DNA of 32,971 nucleotides, from positions 1 through 32,971 of IMG/VR virus record IMGVR_UViG_3300022923_000057, one strand, 5' to 3'. Origin of the DNA: a virus. Taxonomy: Duplodnaviria > Caudoviricetes. Of the stretch, positions 1-8,911 are shown piece by piece (the first letter of the stretch is position 1; the number at the start of each line of letters is the position of its first letter). The position numbers and the translations under genes are program-made. Under the pieces are notes generated by a model. The model was not told where the DNA came from and did no database searches. It saw only the letters and a list, made by a program, of their open reading frames with translations.

Positions 1-1
1 A

Positions 2-1222
2 CTTATCACTTATCCATGCTATTGCCTTTTTGGGCAGTTGGAATACACTATCTACAATTTTGTTGAAGGATTCTGTAAAACTAAAATTCTTTACTGCATC
101 TACCGTTGCGGGGTCAACACCGAACTTGCCCATGATCCACGCAATACCGTTCTTCAACATATCAAGAGGTGCCATGATGAGTGAGTTAACAAAACCTTTG
201 ATTGCACCTTTGATAGCGCCAATGATGCCTTCTTCTTCATATCCTTTCATTGCGCCTTTGATGGTATCAAATACAGTTATGATGATTCCAATGGGTTTAA
301 AGATTGTACCCACTGTTTTGGCGACCATCTTGAAGACTGGGCCCATCCCCTTGAAGAATCCCATGACTGCCCTTACACCATCTTGAATAGGTTCGACAGC
401 TTTACCGACTTTTGTTGTACCAGAAGCAAATTTATTTACTGCTCTGAATACTTTAACTATCTCATCAAATGCATCCGTAAACGATTTGGTGATTCTCCCA
501 ACATAATTTCCAATCCCTCTAACAGAATCAGTTACAGGAGCAAAGATACCTTGTAGGGGTCTCAGTAATTTTCGAAACCTTTCACCAAAAGCAACGAAAC
601 TTCCTCTAATCAATTCGAACTGAATAGTTGCTGCTAGAATTAGACCACGAACACTATTACGAATTGATTTGGTTAATTGAGCAAACTGTCTAGGGATAGT
701 TCTTTTGAATAGTATTCTGAGTCTACGTCTCAATGTTTCGATAGGTGGAATCAGAGTTTCGATGACTTTCAACTGACCAAGGACAATACCAGCGGCCGCA
801 CCTAGTGCACCACCCGCAAGGATTGCACCTAAACCGATATCAATGAGTGTTGGGCCACCATCTTTCTTTTCTTTTTCGGGAGCGGGTCTTCCTAATCCTG
901 CGGTGTTTGCAGCGATCTCTTCAAGGAACTTGAGAGTCTGGGATTGCCAAGACTGATCTTCTCTACGGGTCTCTAGATCGTCACCCGTAGTGAGGTTATC
1001 ATCACCAGTGGCGGAACTTGCAACGGAACGAGTCGCAGAGATAGTTGCACCCGCACTCTTACCGATGGCGTTTTTCAACTCCTCGGTTTGAGAACGAGTT
1101 TCTTCTGTCTGCTCTCTCATTATCTCTTTGACAGTACGAATCGAATGTGAGCCAGAGTTTCGGGTCAACTGACCCTCTGCCACTATTCGTTCGATAACGT
1201 CTTGTAATGTCTTTTCGGCCAT
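2..1222 (-). CDS. Putative tail length regulator / tape-measure-like baseplate hub protein (T4 gp29 position), 3' end truncated by the window edge
   Basis: Not in the ORF track. ATG at 1222 reads MAEKTLQDVIERIVAEGQLTRNSGSHSI...; the frame appears to continue to the left edge with helical, G/A/I/K-rich sequence. Lies directly downstream of the gp26/gp51-like genes. Product inferred from synteny and composition. Confidence 0.6.
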   Translation of the reverse strand, partial: MAEKTLQDVIERIVAEGQLTRNSGSHSIRTVKEIMREQTEETRSQTEELKNAIGKSAGATISATRSVASSATGDDNLTTGDDLETRREDQSWQSQTLKFLEEIAANTAGLGRPAPEKEKKDGGPTLIDIGLGAILAGGALGAAAGIVLGQLKVIETLIPPIETLRRRLRILFKRTIPRQFAQLTKSIRNSVRGLILAATIQFELIRGSFVAFGERFRKLLRPLQGIFAPVTDSVRGIGNYVGRITKSFTDAFDEIVKVFRAVNKFASGTTKVGKAVEPIQDGVRAVMGFFKGMGPVFKMVAKTVGTIFKPIGIIITVFDTIKGAMKGYEEEGIIGAIKGAIKGFVNSLIMAPLDMLKNGIAWIMGKFGVDPATVDAVKNFSFTESFNKIVDSVFQLPKKAIAWISDK

Positions 1223-1225
1223 TGC

Positions 1226-1417
1226 CTAGTTCCTGTTAAGTTGTTTTAATCTCTCATTCTCTTCCTTAACATAATCAATTAACATGCTAACGTAAATCTC
1301 CCTTTCCCACGGTATCATCATCTCAAGTTCTGTCAAACTATAATGATGATGTTGCATCAACGAAAAATTGGTCTTATAATGATTGACCAAATTATCATGA
1401 GAAAGGTTTACGATAAA
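1226..1417 (-). CDS. gp51: gp51-like baseplate hub assembly chaperone segment, in the -1 frame relative to gp26 (first ATG at 1357 gives only 43 aa; possibly expressed as a frameshift extension)
   Basis: Hand translation: FIVNLSHDNLVNHYKTNFSLMQHHHYSLTELEMMIPWEREIYVSMLIDYVKEENERLKQLNRN*. The MQHH.YSL.E.E.M.PWEREIY motif is characteristic of T4-like gp51. TAG at 1228-1226. Confidence 0.75.
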   Translation of the reverse strand, partial: FIVNLSHDNLVNHYKTNFSLMQHHHYSLTELEMMIPWEREIYVSMLIDYVKEENERLKQLNRN

Positions 1418-2118
1418 AAATCCTGCATACCCGTTAATGTTGTGGTGTTTACATGATTACAACTTGCACATGTAAACGACACTTCATGTGCCAACTTGGG
1501 TATGTCTCTCAAGAACTCAGACAACTTGGTGAATTGATCTGTAGTCAAGGACTCTAGAAATTCCTCCAGTTCTTCCTTCTTGAAGTCACTCCTTTCAAAT
1601 CTTTCACTCTCAGTATTGATAGAGTCGATACACGTACCGATCATAGCAATACTGTCTTGAAGAGTTTCTCCCGATGCACTGATCTCCATCAATGCGCCAT
1701 ACTGTGGATAGGCCATGTCAACAGAAATATCTTGTGTCAACTGGACTCTATCTCGTTTAATCGTTCCGTCTTCGATCTTCACATCTTCAAGATCGACTAC
1801 TATGTCATTCTTATGTTCACATTCCGAACACGGAATGATGATGTTCGAAGTCTCGCCTACAGACTTTGTTCTCAACATCGTAAAGATGTATTCCACATCA
1901 TACGTTGTCAACTCAAATGCATTGAATCCATCATTCTGTGCACAGGCGTTCAGCGTATTGCCGATTGCCTTGGTTGCCTGTGCAGTATCTTTCGATTCAA
2001 ATGCCAACATCAAGACCTTCTCTTCCTTTACGAGGTAAGGTCTGAAGTCAACTTTCTCACCAGTAGACGGTACTGTTACAGTAAACTCCGGACTACTGTT
2101 AATCTTTGGTAATGCCAT
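1408..2118 (-). CDS. gp26: Baseplate hub assembly protein, T4 gp26-like
   Basis: MALPKI..P.F.V.VPSTG..V.FRPYLVKEEKVL, LR.KSVGE and two CxxC pairs (CSEC, CASC); GGAG Shine-Dalgarno upstream. Confidence 0.85.
   Translation of the reverse strand: MALPKINSSPEFTVTVPSTGEKVDFRPYLVKEEKVLMLAFESKDTAQATKAIGNTLNACAQNDGFNAFELTTYDVEYIFTMLRTKSVGETSNIIIPCSECEHKNDIVVDLEDVKIEDGTIKRDRVQLTQDISVDMAYPQYGALMEISASGETLQDSIAMIGTCIDSINTESERFERSDFKKEELEEFLESLTTDQFTKLSEFLRDIPKLAHEVSFTCASCNHVNTTTLTGMQDFLS
1414..1420 (-). other. Candidate -1 ribosomal frameshift slippery heptamer T TTT TTA
   Basis: The minus strand reads CAG GAT TTT TTA TCG TAA. The heptamer is in the X XXY YYZ register of the gp26 frame, and the -1 frame is the gp51-like frame. 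Confidence 0.6.
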
Positions 2119-2154
2119 TTCACACTCCTAATCTAAAATAATAATTGTATATAT

Positions 2155-2862
2155 TTAATTTAACAACGATCCTAAAATACCACCGAGGATTGCATCCCCC
2201 AAACCGTTGTTCGCTCCTTCTGCACCTTCATCCACCCAATCTCTGGCTGAAAGTTGTACACTAAGTTCTGTAATCTGGTCTACCTGATCGTTACCCAACT
2301 GAATGTCATTCACAGATGTCGGGTATGCTTGAAGCAGTTTGACCTTTCGAATACTCTTTCCACTTGATCCCAAACTAATATCGATCTGTCCCTGCGACAA
2401 GTCTAGGAACCCCAAGTCGGGTAGTCTGTTCTTGATAGACTGAGGAACCTTGTTCATGAATCCAAGTTGTTTCTTGAATGCAGAGAACCCTGTACCTTTC
2501 TGCAACTGTTCGATGGTCACGTCTTTGGTGTAGTCATCAAAGTAACCTACTGTGTACCCTTCGGAGTTGTGTGCAAGTTTCTGCCACTCATCGAAGTACT
2601 TGGTGACCTTGTGGTCGTTCAATACGTAGAAAGTTAGGTTGATATCTGGGATACCATAACCAGACGCAATCTTTCGAACCGATGTTCCGGTTGCATAGTC
2701 TGTGGATGTGATCTGTCGGCCAGGCAGGTTGACACTCTTACAGATCATGTTGAGTTCGCCTCCACTCATTCCTCCTAGTGCGGGAAGAGTGACCTTAAAC
2801 AATGTCGGTAATGCGAAACCACTTCCGCCACTTACCGCACCTTTGAATTCGTCAAGTTTCAT
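2155..2862 (-). CDS. Tail tube-fold protein (T4 gp54 tube initiator / gp19-like)
   Basis: C.SVNLPGRQI, I.LTFYV.ND.....YFDEWQ, Y.DDY.KDVTIEQL and L..AYPTSV..IQL motifs typical of the gp19/gp54 family; position between gp2 and gp26. Confidence 0.75.
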   Translation of the reverse strand: MKLDEFKGAVSGGSGFALPTLFKVTLPALGGMSGGELNMICKSVNLPGRQITSTDYATGTSVRKIASGYGIPDINLTFYVLNDHKVTKYFDEWQKLAHNSEGYTVGYFDDYTKDVTIEQLQKGTGFSAFKKQLGFMNKVPQSIKNRLPDLGFLDLSQGQIDISLGSSGKSIRKVKLLQAYPTSVNDIQLGNDQVDQITELSVQLSARDWVDEGAEGANNGLGDAILGGILGSLLN

Positions 2863-3443
2863 TAGATCATCTGCCTTGAATCGTAGTAGACCTTGTAGTT
2901 GTTCGCCTTACGGAACTGTGCAGTCGGTAGGAAGGTTGCAATCTCCCACTCAGGTGCAGGCACCTCTGCGAACTTACTCTGAACGTGTTTGTTTAAGTAA
3001 TGTTTAAAACACGGTTTGAAATACTTTAACTTAGATGACCTATTCAACAAAGTATAGGACAACTTAAATTTACTGTTGTCGTCTAGTTTGCTTCCTGCAA
3101 TACCCATCAACCCATCCAACATCTTCGCACGAAGAATCGGAGGCAGATAGTGTAGGTTGATTCCGTAGAACCCACCCGCTGCAGGCCCGACAACTACCAC
3201 CAACGGAAACGAATCATAGTAAGGAAGCGTATCTTTGTGTTTGGGGTCGTAGAAGAACATCTGCATGGAACCCACAACACTCTTACTTCCGGACTTAATA
3301 GGGTCTTCGTCCATCAACTGTTCACGGTTGATAGATCGAAGGTTCTTCGCCTTTTTCATGAACCACTCACGACTCTCCTTTGTACGGGGAGTAATCCCTG
3401 CACGGAATGCCTGCAGTTCTAGTCTGTTAAAAATGTTTGACAC
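2862..3443 (-). CDS. gp2: DNA end protector protein, T4 gp2-like
   Basis: FFYDPKHK.TLPYYD.FPLV, GINLHYLPP, KPCFKHYL..HV and W.IA.FLPT..F.K motifs. GTG start with a late promoter upstream. Confidence 0.9.
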   Translation of the reverse strand: MSNIFNRLELQAFRAGITPRTKESREWFMKKAKNLRSINREQLMDEDPIKSGSKSVVGSMQMFFYDPKHKDTLPYYDSFPLVVVVGPAAGGFYGINLHYLPPILRAKMLDGLMGIAGSKLDDNSKFKLSYTLLNRSSKLKYFKPCFKHYLNKHVQSKFAEVPAPEWEIATFLPTAQFRKANNYKVYYDSRQMI

Positions 3444-3468
3444 AAGTGTTCCTCTAAAATTCTATCTT

Positions 3469-3476
3469 TATTTATA
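3469..3476 (-). promoter_or_regulatory. T4-type late promoter TATAAATA for gp2 and downstream genes
   Basis: Exact consensus on the minus strand, in the intergenic gap 26 nt upstream of the gp2 start. Confidence 0.8.
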
Positions 3477-3480
3477 CGAA

Positions 3481-4074
3481 TCAGACTGGAGTTTTGTTCT
3501 TGTGTCCAAAATCTCTCTTGAGGAGATTTGGGTAATCTTCCTTCACAAAGTCGATGAGGGTTTGTATGTTATCATTTACGATATGAAATTCTAGGAATCT
3601 TGCATCGGTGGCTGCAGTTGTGAAGAAATTACGTATCTTGGTTTCCCACCTTTCCTTTTCCTCTTCCCATTGTTCCTTGACTTCTACAGGGGATTTGATG
3701 TTGTTGAACTTCATGTATCTTCTTAGGTAGTCGCCCCGTTTGTGTTTAGTTCTACTCTTGATCCAAGTTTTCGTGTCTCTTGTATTCAAAATAAAATATG
3801 CATCGGGGTATTCTGCATAGTATCTCTTGAAGAAATGTGTGCCTTCGATGTGTTGACTGTTCTTGGTATAACACACGTCAGAGAACACCTCAACGTTCTC
3901 CATCGTGTAGAGAATGGGTTTCTCTGCATCAATATTCTGTTGCATCTGTCTAGCAATATGACCACCCTCATTTTTCAGACAATGACACGAATTATATCCT
4001 GCTTTTTTAAACAGGTAGTGTAAAGAGGTTGTTGCGGTTCGATTGAATCCGATGAAGAATACTTTGCGTCTCAC
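3481..4074 (-). CDS. Sulfotransferase-family (P-loop) protein
   Basis: N-terminal KVFFIGFNRTATTSL resembles the 5'-PSB loop and YPDAYFILNTRD...WIKSR resembles the 3'-PB motif of PAPS-dependent sulfotransferases. The GTG start overlaps the gp4 TGA. Confidence 0.7.
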   Translation of the reverse strand: MRRKVFFIGFNRTATTSLHYLFKKAGYNSCHCLKNEGGHIARQMQQNIDAEKPILYTMENVEVFSDVCYTKNSQHIEGTHFFKRYYAEYPDAYFILNTRDTKTWIKSRTKHKRGDYLRRYMKFNNIKSPVEVKEQWEEEKERWETKIRNFFTTAATDARFLEFHIVNDNIQTLIDFVKEDYPNLLKRDFGHKNKTPV

Positions 4075-4547
4075 TTCTTACGCCTTGTAAATGGTTTGAG
4101 TGGTTTTGTTGACTTGGGAAGTATACCCAACTTGGACAGTTCTTTCTCTGTCCATATCTGAAAAGACCATCCACGGTCAGCTGCATACTCACTTGCAGCC
4201 TCCCACTTGTTCTGGTTCTTGACAAACGTCATTGCCTCGTTGATAAACCTCTTGGTTCGACGTGCACCCGTAGGAGGACGGGTCTCTTTATCTGGTTTGA
4301 TCTCAATTAGGACGGTTTTACCATCCGTGTACTCGACAACCAAATCCATGAAGTATCTATGATATCTTTTGTCTACTTCATATAGATATGGTATGACTAC
4401 TTCTTCACTGCCCCATCGTTTCACTTTGGGACTATTGTCGCACCATTTAAATGCATGTTTTTCCCACAGAGAACGATAGACCACTTGAGAAGGGTCTCCG
4501 ATATATTTGTTTTTGTTCTTTACAGTATACTTTCCGGAATAAGCCAT
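4071..4547 (-). CDS. gp4: Head completion nuclease, T4 gp4-like (TnsA-like endonuclease fold)
   Basis: MAYSGKY...N..KY.GDP..VVYRSLWE, W.SEE..IPY, HRYF.D, EIKP, N..KW.AA, TEKEL. The real start is the ATG at 4547, not the 4709 given in the ORF track. Confidence 0.9.
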   Translation of the reverse strand: MAYSGKYTVKNKNKYIGDPSQVVYRSLWEKHAFKWCDNSPKVKRWGSEEVVIPYLYEVDKRYHRYFMDLVVEYTDGKTVLIEIKPDKETRPPTGARRTKRFINEAMTFVKNQNKWEAASEYAADRGWSFQIWTEKELSKLGILPKSTKPLKPFTRRKK

Positions 4548-4554
4548 ATAAATA
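4547..4554 (+). promoter_or_regulatory. T4-type late promoter TATAAATA for the rightward baseplate operon
   Basis: Exact consensus 38 nt upstream of the gp48 ATG, overlapping the first base of the opposite-strand gp4 start codon. Confidence 0.8.
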
Positions 4555-4573
4555 AACACAGAAGTTTTCAAAC

Positions 4574-4581
4574 TATTTAGT
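4574..4581 (-). promoter_or_regulatory. Candidate variant late promoter ACTAAATA for gp4
   Basis: TAAATA core on the minus strand about 27 nt upstream of the gp4 ATG, nearly the same spacing as the gp2 promoter. Confidence 0.5.
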
Positions 4582-4592
4582 AGGATGGGTAA

Positions 4593-5615
4593 ATGCAATT
4601 TCCAAGCAAGATCGAAGACCGTCTGGGATACGTTTCCTTTACCGTAATTGGCGGTGACGGGGGTGGTGGTAGTGGCGGAGAAGCCGCTGCACCAGATCAA
4701 GGTGCACAAGAATCTAAACTCGCAGAACAGGTAGAAAATGGTGAGGTTAACGGAAGTGACGTTGCCGAAGCAACTGGTGGAGAGGCAGCTGCCGATGAGG
4801 GTGGTGGTTTCTTCAATGCTATAGGTCAGGTGGCTAATGCAATTGGTAATGTCGGAGATGCGATCAATGATGTACTGAATTCTATTGCTGGAAATACTCC
4901 TGAATCAAATACAGTAAAGGGTGGTAAACCCTCATTCGCAGAACCAGGCGGGGACATTGTTCTTTATCTTCCTTCTGGATTTCAGATCACCGAAGGTGTA
5001 CAGTATGACGGTGTTGATCTAGGCCTCGGCGGTGCGGGTGCAGAAGCTGCAGTAAACAATGCGGGTGGTGATGTTGGTGCTGCACTTGGTGGTGCTGCGA
5101 ACAGTTTCATCGATGCACTGAAGACAGATATTGGCGGTGCACAAGGTAGACTCGCTGCGGTTGAACTTGCAAGAAGATCAGGCAAGATTGATGCGGGTGT
5201 TGTTGCGGGTGCACAGAGTGCCGCTGGTGTTGCAGTCAATCCTAACCAACGGGTTCTGTTTAAGAGAGTCAACATTCGTGAATTCAAGTTTGCGTTTACT
5301 CTGATCCCCGTCAATGCGGGAGAATCTGCAACAGTAGAATCTATGGTCAAGAAATTTAGACACTATCTCTATCCCGAAGCAATCGGTGGAGAGATCAAGG
5401 TTGGTTATAAGTTCCCCGAAAAATGGAAGATCAAAGTCGGAAGTGCTCTCGGTTGGAACGCACCTGAAATCAAACCTTGTTATCTAAGAGGTGTGTCAGT
5501 AACATACAACCCAAATAACATGGCATTCCATGAAGACGGTAACCCCGTAGAGACTCAGATTTCTTTGGACTTCATGGAAGCAGCCGCACTCGACAGATCG
5601 GATGTACCATTATGA
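4593..5615 (+). CDS. gp48: Baseplate tail tube cap, T4 gp48-like
   Basis: I.LYLP......GVQY, NPNQRVLF..V..R.F.F.F.L.P....ES, L..V.V.YNP and P.ETQISL.F.E motifs; G/A-rich N-terminal insert. Confidence 0.85.
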   Translation: MQFPSKIEDRLGYVSFTVIGGDGGGGSGGEAAAPDQGAQESKLAEQVENGEVNGSDVAEATGGEAAADEGGGFFNAIGQVANAIGNVGDAINDVLNSIAGNTPESNTVKGGKPSFAEPGGDIVLYLPSGFQITEGVQYDGVDLGLGGAGAEAAVNNAGGDVGAALGGAANSFIDALKTDIGGAQGRLAAVELARRSGKIDAGVVAGAQSAAGVAVNPNQRVLFKRVNIREFKFAFTLIPVNAGESATVESMVKKFRHYLYPEAIGGEIKVGYKFPEKWKIKVGSALGWNAPEIKPCYLRGVSVTYNPNNMAFHEDGNPVETQISLDFMEAAALDRSDVPL

Positions 5616-6730
5616 GATATAGTCAGAAACTACTCTATCTGCTGTATAGGTTTGGTGATGAGAGTAAACCAACCTTCTTTCCTGCGATCAATAGTTACGT
5701 AGATATACTAGATCAAGTCAAACAAGACTTGTCGTTCTATGAGGATTACACCATACTCTCAGGCGAGAGACCGGATATTGTATCGAAGAAACTGTATAAC
5801 AATCCAGATTACTTCTGGACGTTCTTCTTGATGAATGACCACCTACGTGAATCTGGATGGCCTGTTGCACAGGAAAAAATCCACGAGCTCGCTGCAAAGA
5901 GATATCCTCACAGAACCGTAACCACCAAAGAAAACTTTACCGTAGAACCCTTTGGGTTTAAGGTTGGACAAGTCGTAACTGGTTCTGTGTCGGGCACAAT
6001 CGGGACAATCGTTCGTCGTATTCCTGAGTTGGGTCAAATGGTTATTGACACAACCAACACCGTGTTCGATGAACAAAAAGAATACACCGTAGATGTCGAT
6101 GAATCTGGATTCGCTAGTATTGAAGTAGAAGATAGTTTCCGTGAGACATTCCACAGTATAAGTCTATGGACATTCTACCGTGATGGTGTCCTTATGGATG
6201 CAACCATTGAAAGGTCTCTGGATCGTCTTAAGAAAGAGGCTACATTTCAGAACATACCTTATATCGAAGGTACTGAAGTTACAGTAGTCACATCGGTGTT
6301 TGTAGGTAACCCCAAGGACAATAACTTTGGGCCTACCGAATCAATTACATATGTCGATCAAGAGACTGGTGTGACAATTGCGTGTGAACTCTATAGGGAG
6401 TCTCAACAATACAACGCTATACATCACTACGAGAAAACGACATATACTGCATTTGACCTTGACACAGTTTCTAATATTCTGGTATCATATGATAAGAAGG
6501 AAGCTCTTGCTGCGGTTGAAGCATCTGAGAATGCTGAACTGAGAGTCACAAGTGAATGGGTTGGTATCGATCCTCTCACTCAAAATATTCCGGTTGGAGT
6601 TAAAGGTGTGACCGTCTTGGAGTATTATATTCAGAAGAATGATGCACTCAAACAGATGAAGGTTCTGAAACCAGATGTCATAGAAGATGTCGTCAAACGT
6701 GTTTATGAAAAACTTCAAGAAGTAATCTAA
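5612..6730 (+). CDS. gp53: Baseplate wedge protein, T4 gp53-like (LysM-like N-terminus, extended middle)
   Basis: Y.I..GERPD.VS.KLY....Y.WTFFLMN, ...HHYE and a terminal VT..EY....ND..KQ.KVLKP; follows gp48. Confidence 0.8.
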   Translation: MRYSQKLLYLLYRFGDESKPTFFPAINSYVDILDQVKQDLSFYEDYTILSGERPDIVSKKLYNNPDYFWTFFLMNDHLRESGWPVAQEKIHELAAKRYPHRTVTTKENFTVEPFGFKVGQVVTGSVSGTIGTIVRRIPELGQMVIDTTNTVFDEQKEYTVDVDESGFASIEVEDSFRETFHSISLWTFYRDGVLMDATIERSLDRLKKEATFQNIPYIEGTEVTVVTSVFVGNPKDNNFGPTESITYVDQETGVTIACELYRESQQYNAIHHYEKTTYTAFDLDTVSNILVSYDKKEALAAVEASENAELRVTSEWVGIDPLTQNIPVGVKGVTVLEYYIQKNDALKQMKVLKPDVIEDVVKRVYEKLQEVI

Positions 6731-6731
6731 T

Positions 6732-8084
6732 ATGGCCGTAGAATTAAATGCTCAGGATTTTAAATTCGTATCTGCGGTGATAACTCCTTCCCGTGGTAGC
6801 GCACAGGATGTGACCAAAGTTGTATCCGAATATGAAGTCTATGAGGACATTTCAAAACCGTACTGTACAGGAACTCTGTTAGTCGGTGATCAGACTGGTT
6901 GGATTGAGAACTACAGTGTCATGGGCACTGAGAGACTCGCAATTACCATTCAGGTAAACACCAGTAGTAAAGAACCCGATGGCCCAACATTCACGAAGAA
7001 CTGGATTATCCACTCTATCGAACGTGCAGTGAAGACGGGCGATGGTGATGGTAAGAGTGAGATGTACCTCTTCAATCTTGTTGAAGAACATGCCATGACA
7101 AGTAAGATGAAGAAGTTCAGTAAAGTCTATGGCAAAGGGAACAAGATAGAAGTTGAAATACTTAAGATTCTGAAAGCAGAACTTGGTAAAGACTTAAAAC
7201 TCAAGATCACTCCTTCAGTTCAGGAGAACTGGAAAATGATTGTGCCATACATGCACCCTCTTGAGGCTGTAGAGTGGATGCGTGATCGTGCAAGTACAGG
7301 TAGTGGACTACCCTTTTTATTGTATGCAAGTTTATATGATGATGCACTCAGATTAGCATCCTTAGACAAATTACAACAACAGGCTCCTTTCAATAGTGGG
7401 GAACCGTTTGTCTTCGCTGGTACTAACGTGCAATCCCAAGAATACAAAACAGCGTATGCCGGTAGATTCCGTCAAGTCAAAGGTTTTCGTGCAGTCAAAA
7501 TGGCACGTGCTTTCGAACAGATCATATCAGGCACATGTGGTGCAGCCTTCACTATGACAGAATTAGATGAGGGTAGAATTCAAGGTTGGGTTGGGAAACA
7601 TTACTCTATCTTGGACGTATTGGGTGCGATACCTAAAGATGGTACTCAGAACGTGTATGATGAGAAGTTCGCTGGTACTCAAGGGCCTGCTCATGTGAAC
7701 GATGCAAGAGTCATCCATCAAGTGTTGAGTAGAAAGACATATCGACCCGGCCCCAATTACAAGAGTTTCCACTGGGAACCCGATGGTGATGCACACATCA
7801 ACAAGATCAAAACACGTGCATGTCTTCAGATGATGTCCCGCAATACATACGAAGTGCGAATCAGTGGAAGAGACATTGCTGGTGGAAAGAAAGGTGTGGG
7901 TGATAGAATCAATATCCAATTTCCCGATAACAAAGTGGAAGAGGAAGCGGGTGCAGATAAATTAAAGAGTGGTTACTTCTTGATCACAAACAGTAAAAAC
8001 ATCTTTAAACAGGACGGTGGTGCGGGTTTGCACGAAGCGATCTTAACTGTTTCTAAATTCAATGAAGGGCCGAAGGAACTGTGA
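6732..8084 (+). CDS. Putative baseplate hub protein (T4 gp27-like)
   Basis: VYEDI.KPY.TG.L...D at the N-terminus and VGD.I.I.F...D..KSG.FLIT at the C-terminus; position between gp53 and gp5. Confidence 0.6.
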   Translation: MAVELNAQDFKFVSAVITPSRGSAQDVTKVVSEYEVYEDISKPYCTGTLLVGDQTGWIENYSVMGTERLAITIQVNTSSKEPDGPTFTKNWIIHSIERAVKTGDGDGKSEMYLFNLVEEHAMTSKMKKFSKVYGKGNKIEVEILKILKAELGKDLKLKITPSVQENWKMIVPYMHPLEAVEWMRDRASTGSGLPFLLYASLYDDALRLASLDKLQQQAPFNSGEPFVFAGTNVQSQEYKTAYAGRFRQVKGFRAVKMARAFEQIISGTCGAAFTMTELDEGRIQGWVGKHYSILDVLGAIPKDGTQNVYDEKFAGTQGPAHVNDARVIHQVLSRKTYRPGPNYKSFHWEPDGDAHINKIKTRACLQMMSRNTYEVRISGRDIAGGKKGVGDRINIQFPDNKVEEEAGADKLKSGYFLITNSKNIFKQDGGAGLHEAILTVSKFNEGPKEL

Positions 8085-8911
8085 TGGAATTACCAAAAGC
8101 GATACCCTCAGAATTTTATGGTGATAACCCTAGATGGTTCACTGCAATTGTTATTGATGCGAGACCTCCCGAAGGTGAAGGTCTGGAAGGTTATGTTCGT
8201 GTTCGTATTCATGGTGTACATTCTCCCTCACTGTTAGACATTCCAGAAGCTGATCTCCCTTGGGCACAGGTATTGATTCCAACTACCGAAGGTGGTAACT
8301 CAGGACTTGGTTCAACACCAAGAATTGAAGCAGGATCACTGGTCATCGGTCTGTTCATGGATGGACAATATTCTCAGGTTCCGGTTGTGTTAGGATCACT
8401 TCCTCACATGACTGTACCCACACCTATTCAAGAAGGATATGATCCCATCAAACCCGACACTGCGGGTGTTGAGTTGGGTACAATGGACTTGGAAGCTGTC
8501 GATAATGAAAACACAGGCCCAATTAGTAGTGCAGTACAGGAAAAGAGAATCGAAGAGAACATCAAGGCATTGATGGCCGAAGGAATGGACTTTGAGGGTG
8601 CACTAGCAATGACCGCAAAGATGGATGTTGGTTCCAACATGGTTACTGGTGAACATGCAGACGGAAGTTTCGGTATTGACAATTTCAAAGGGGAGAGACT
8701 TGACCAATTGAAAAGTTCTAGTCCGGACTATAATAACTTTGACAAACAGGTTGACTTCGTAAAGAGCGAACTAAATACAACCAAGGCGGAAGTCAAAGCA
8801 AACATGGGTAATAGTCTTACCAGTAAAATCAAAGCAACATCCGAAGGACAAAATGTTCAACAGATTGCGAATAAAGTATATGAACTCAATGACAAGTATG
8901 GGGGTGGTTGA
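8084..8911 (+). CDS. gp5: gp5 N-terminal OB-fold protein with a degenerate tail-lysozyme-like C-terminal segment
   Basis: WF...V.D......G.VRVRIHGVH.......DLPWAQV..P, G..V.G.FMDG..SQ.P.VLGS is the gp5 OB domain. The C-terminal part resembles phage tail lysozyme (see findings). Alternative GTG start at 8081. Confidence 0.8.
   Translation: MELPKAIPSEFYGDNPRWFTAIVIDARPPEGEGLEGYVRVRIHGVHSPSLLDIPEADLPWAQVLIPTTEGGNSGLGSTPRIEAGSLVIGLFMDGQYSQVPVVLGSLPHMTVPTPIQEGYDPIKPDTAGVELGTMDLEAVDNENTGPISSAVQEKRIEENIKALMAEGMDFEGALAMTAKMDVGSNMVTGEHADGSFGIDNFKGERLDQLKSSSPDYNNFDKQVDFVKSELNTTKAEVKANMGNSLTSKIKATSEGQNVQQIANKVYELNDKYGGG

Noticed and set aside
4548-4709. N-terminal extension of gp4 in the ORF track (4071..4709)
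   Set aside because: The family starts at MAYSGKY (ATG 4547); the extension overlaps the promoters and gp48 on the opposite strand.
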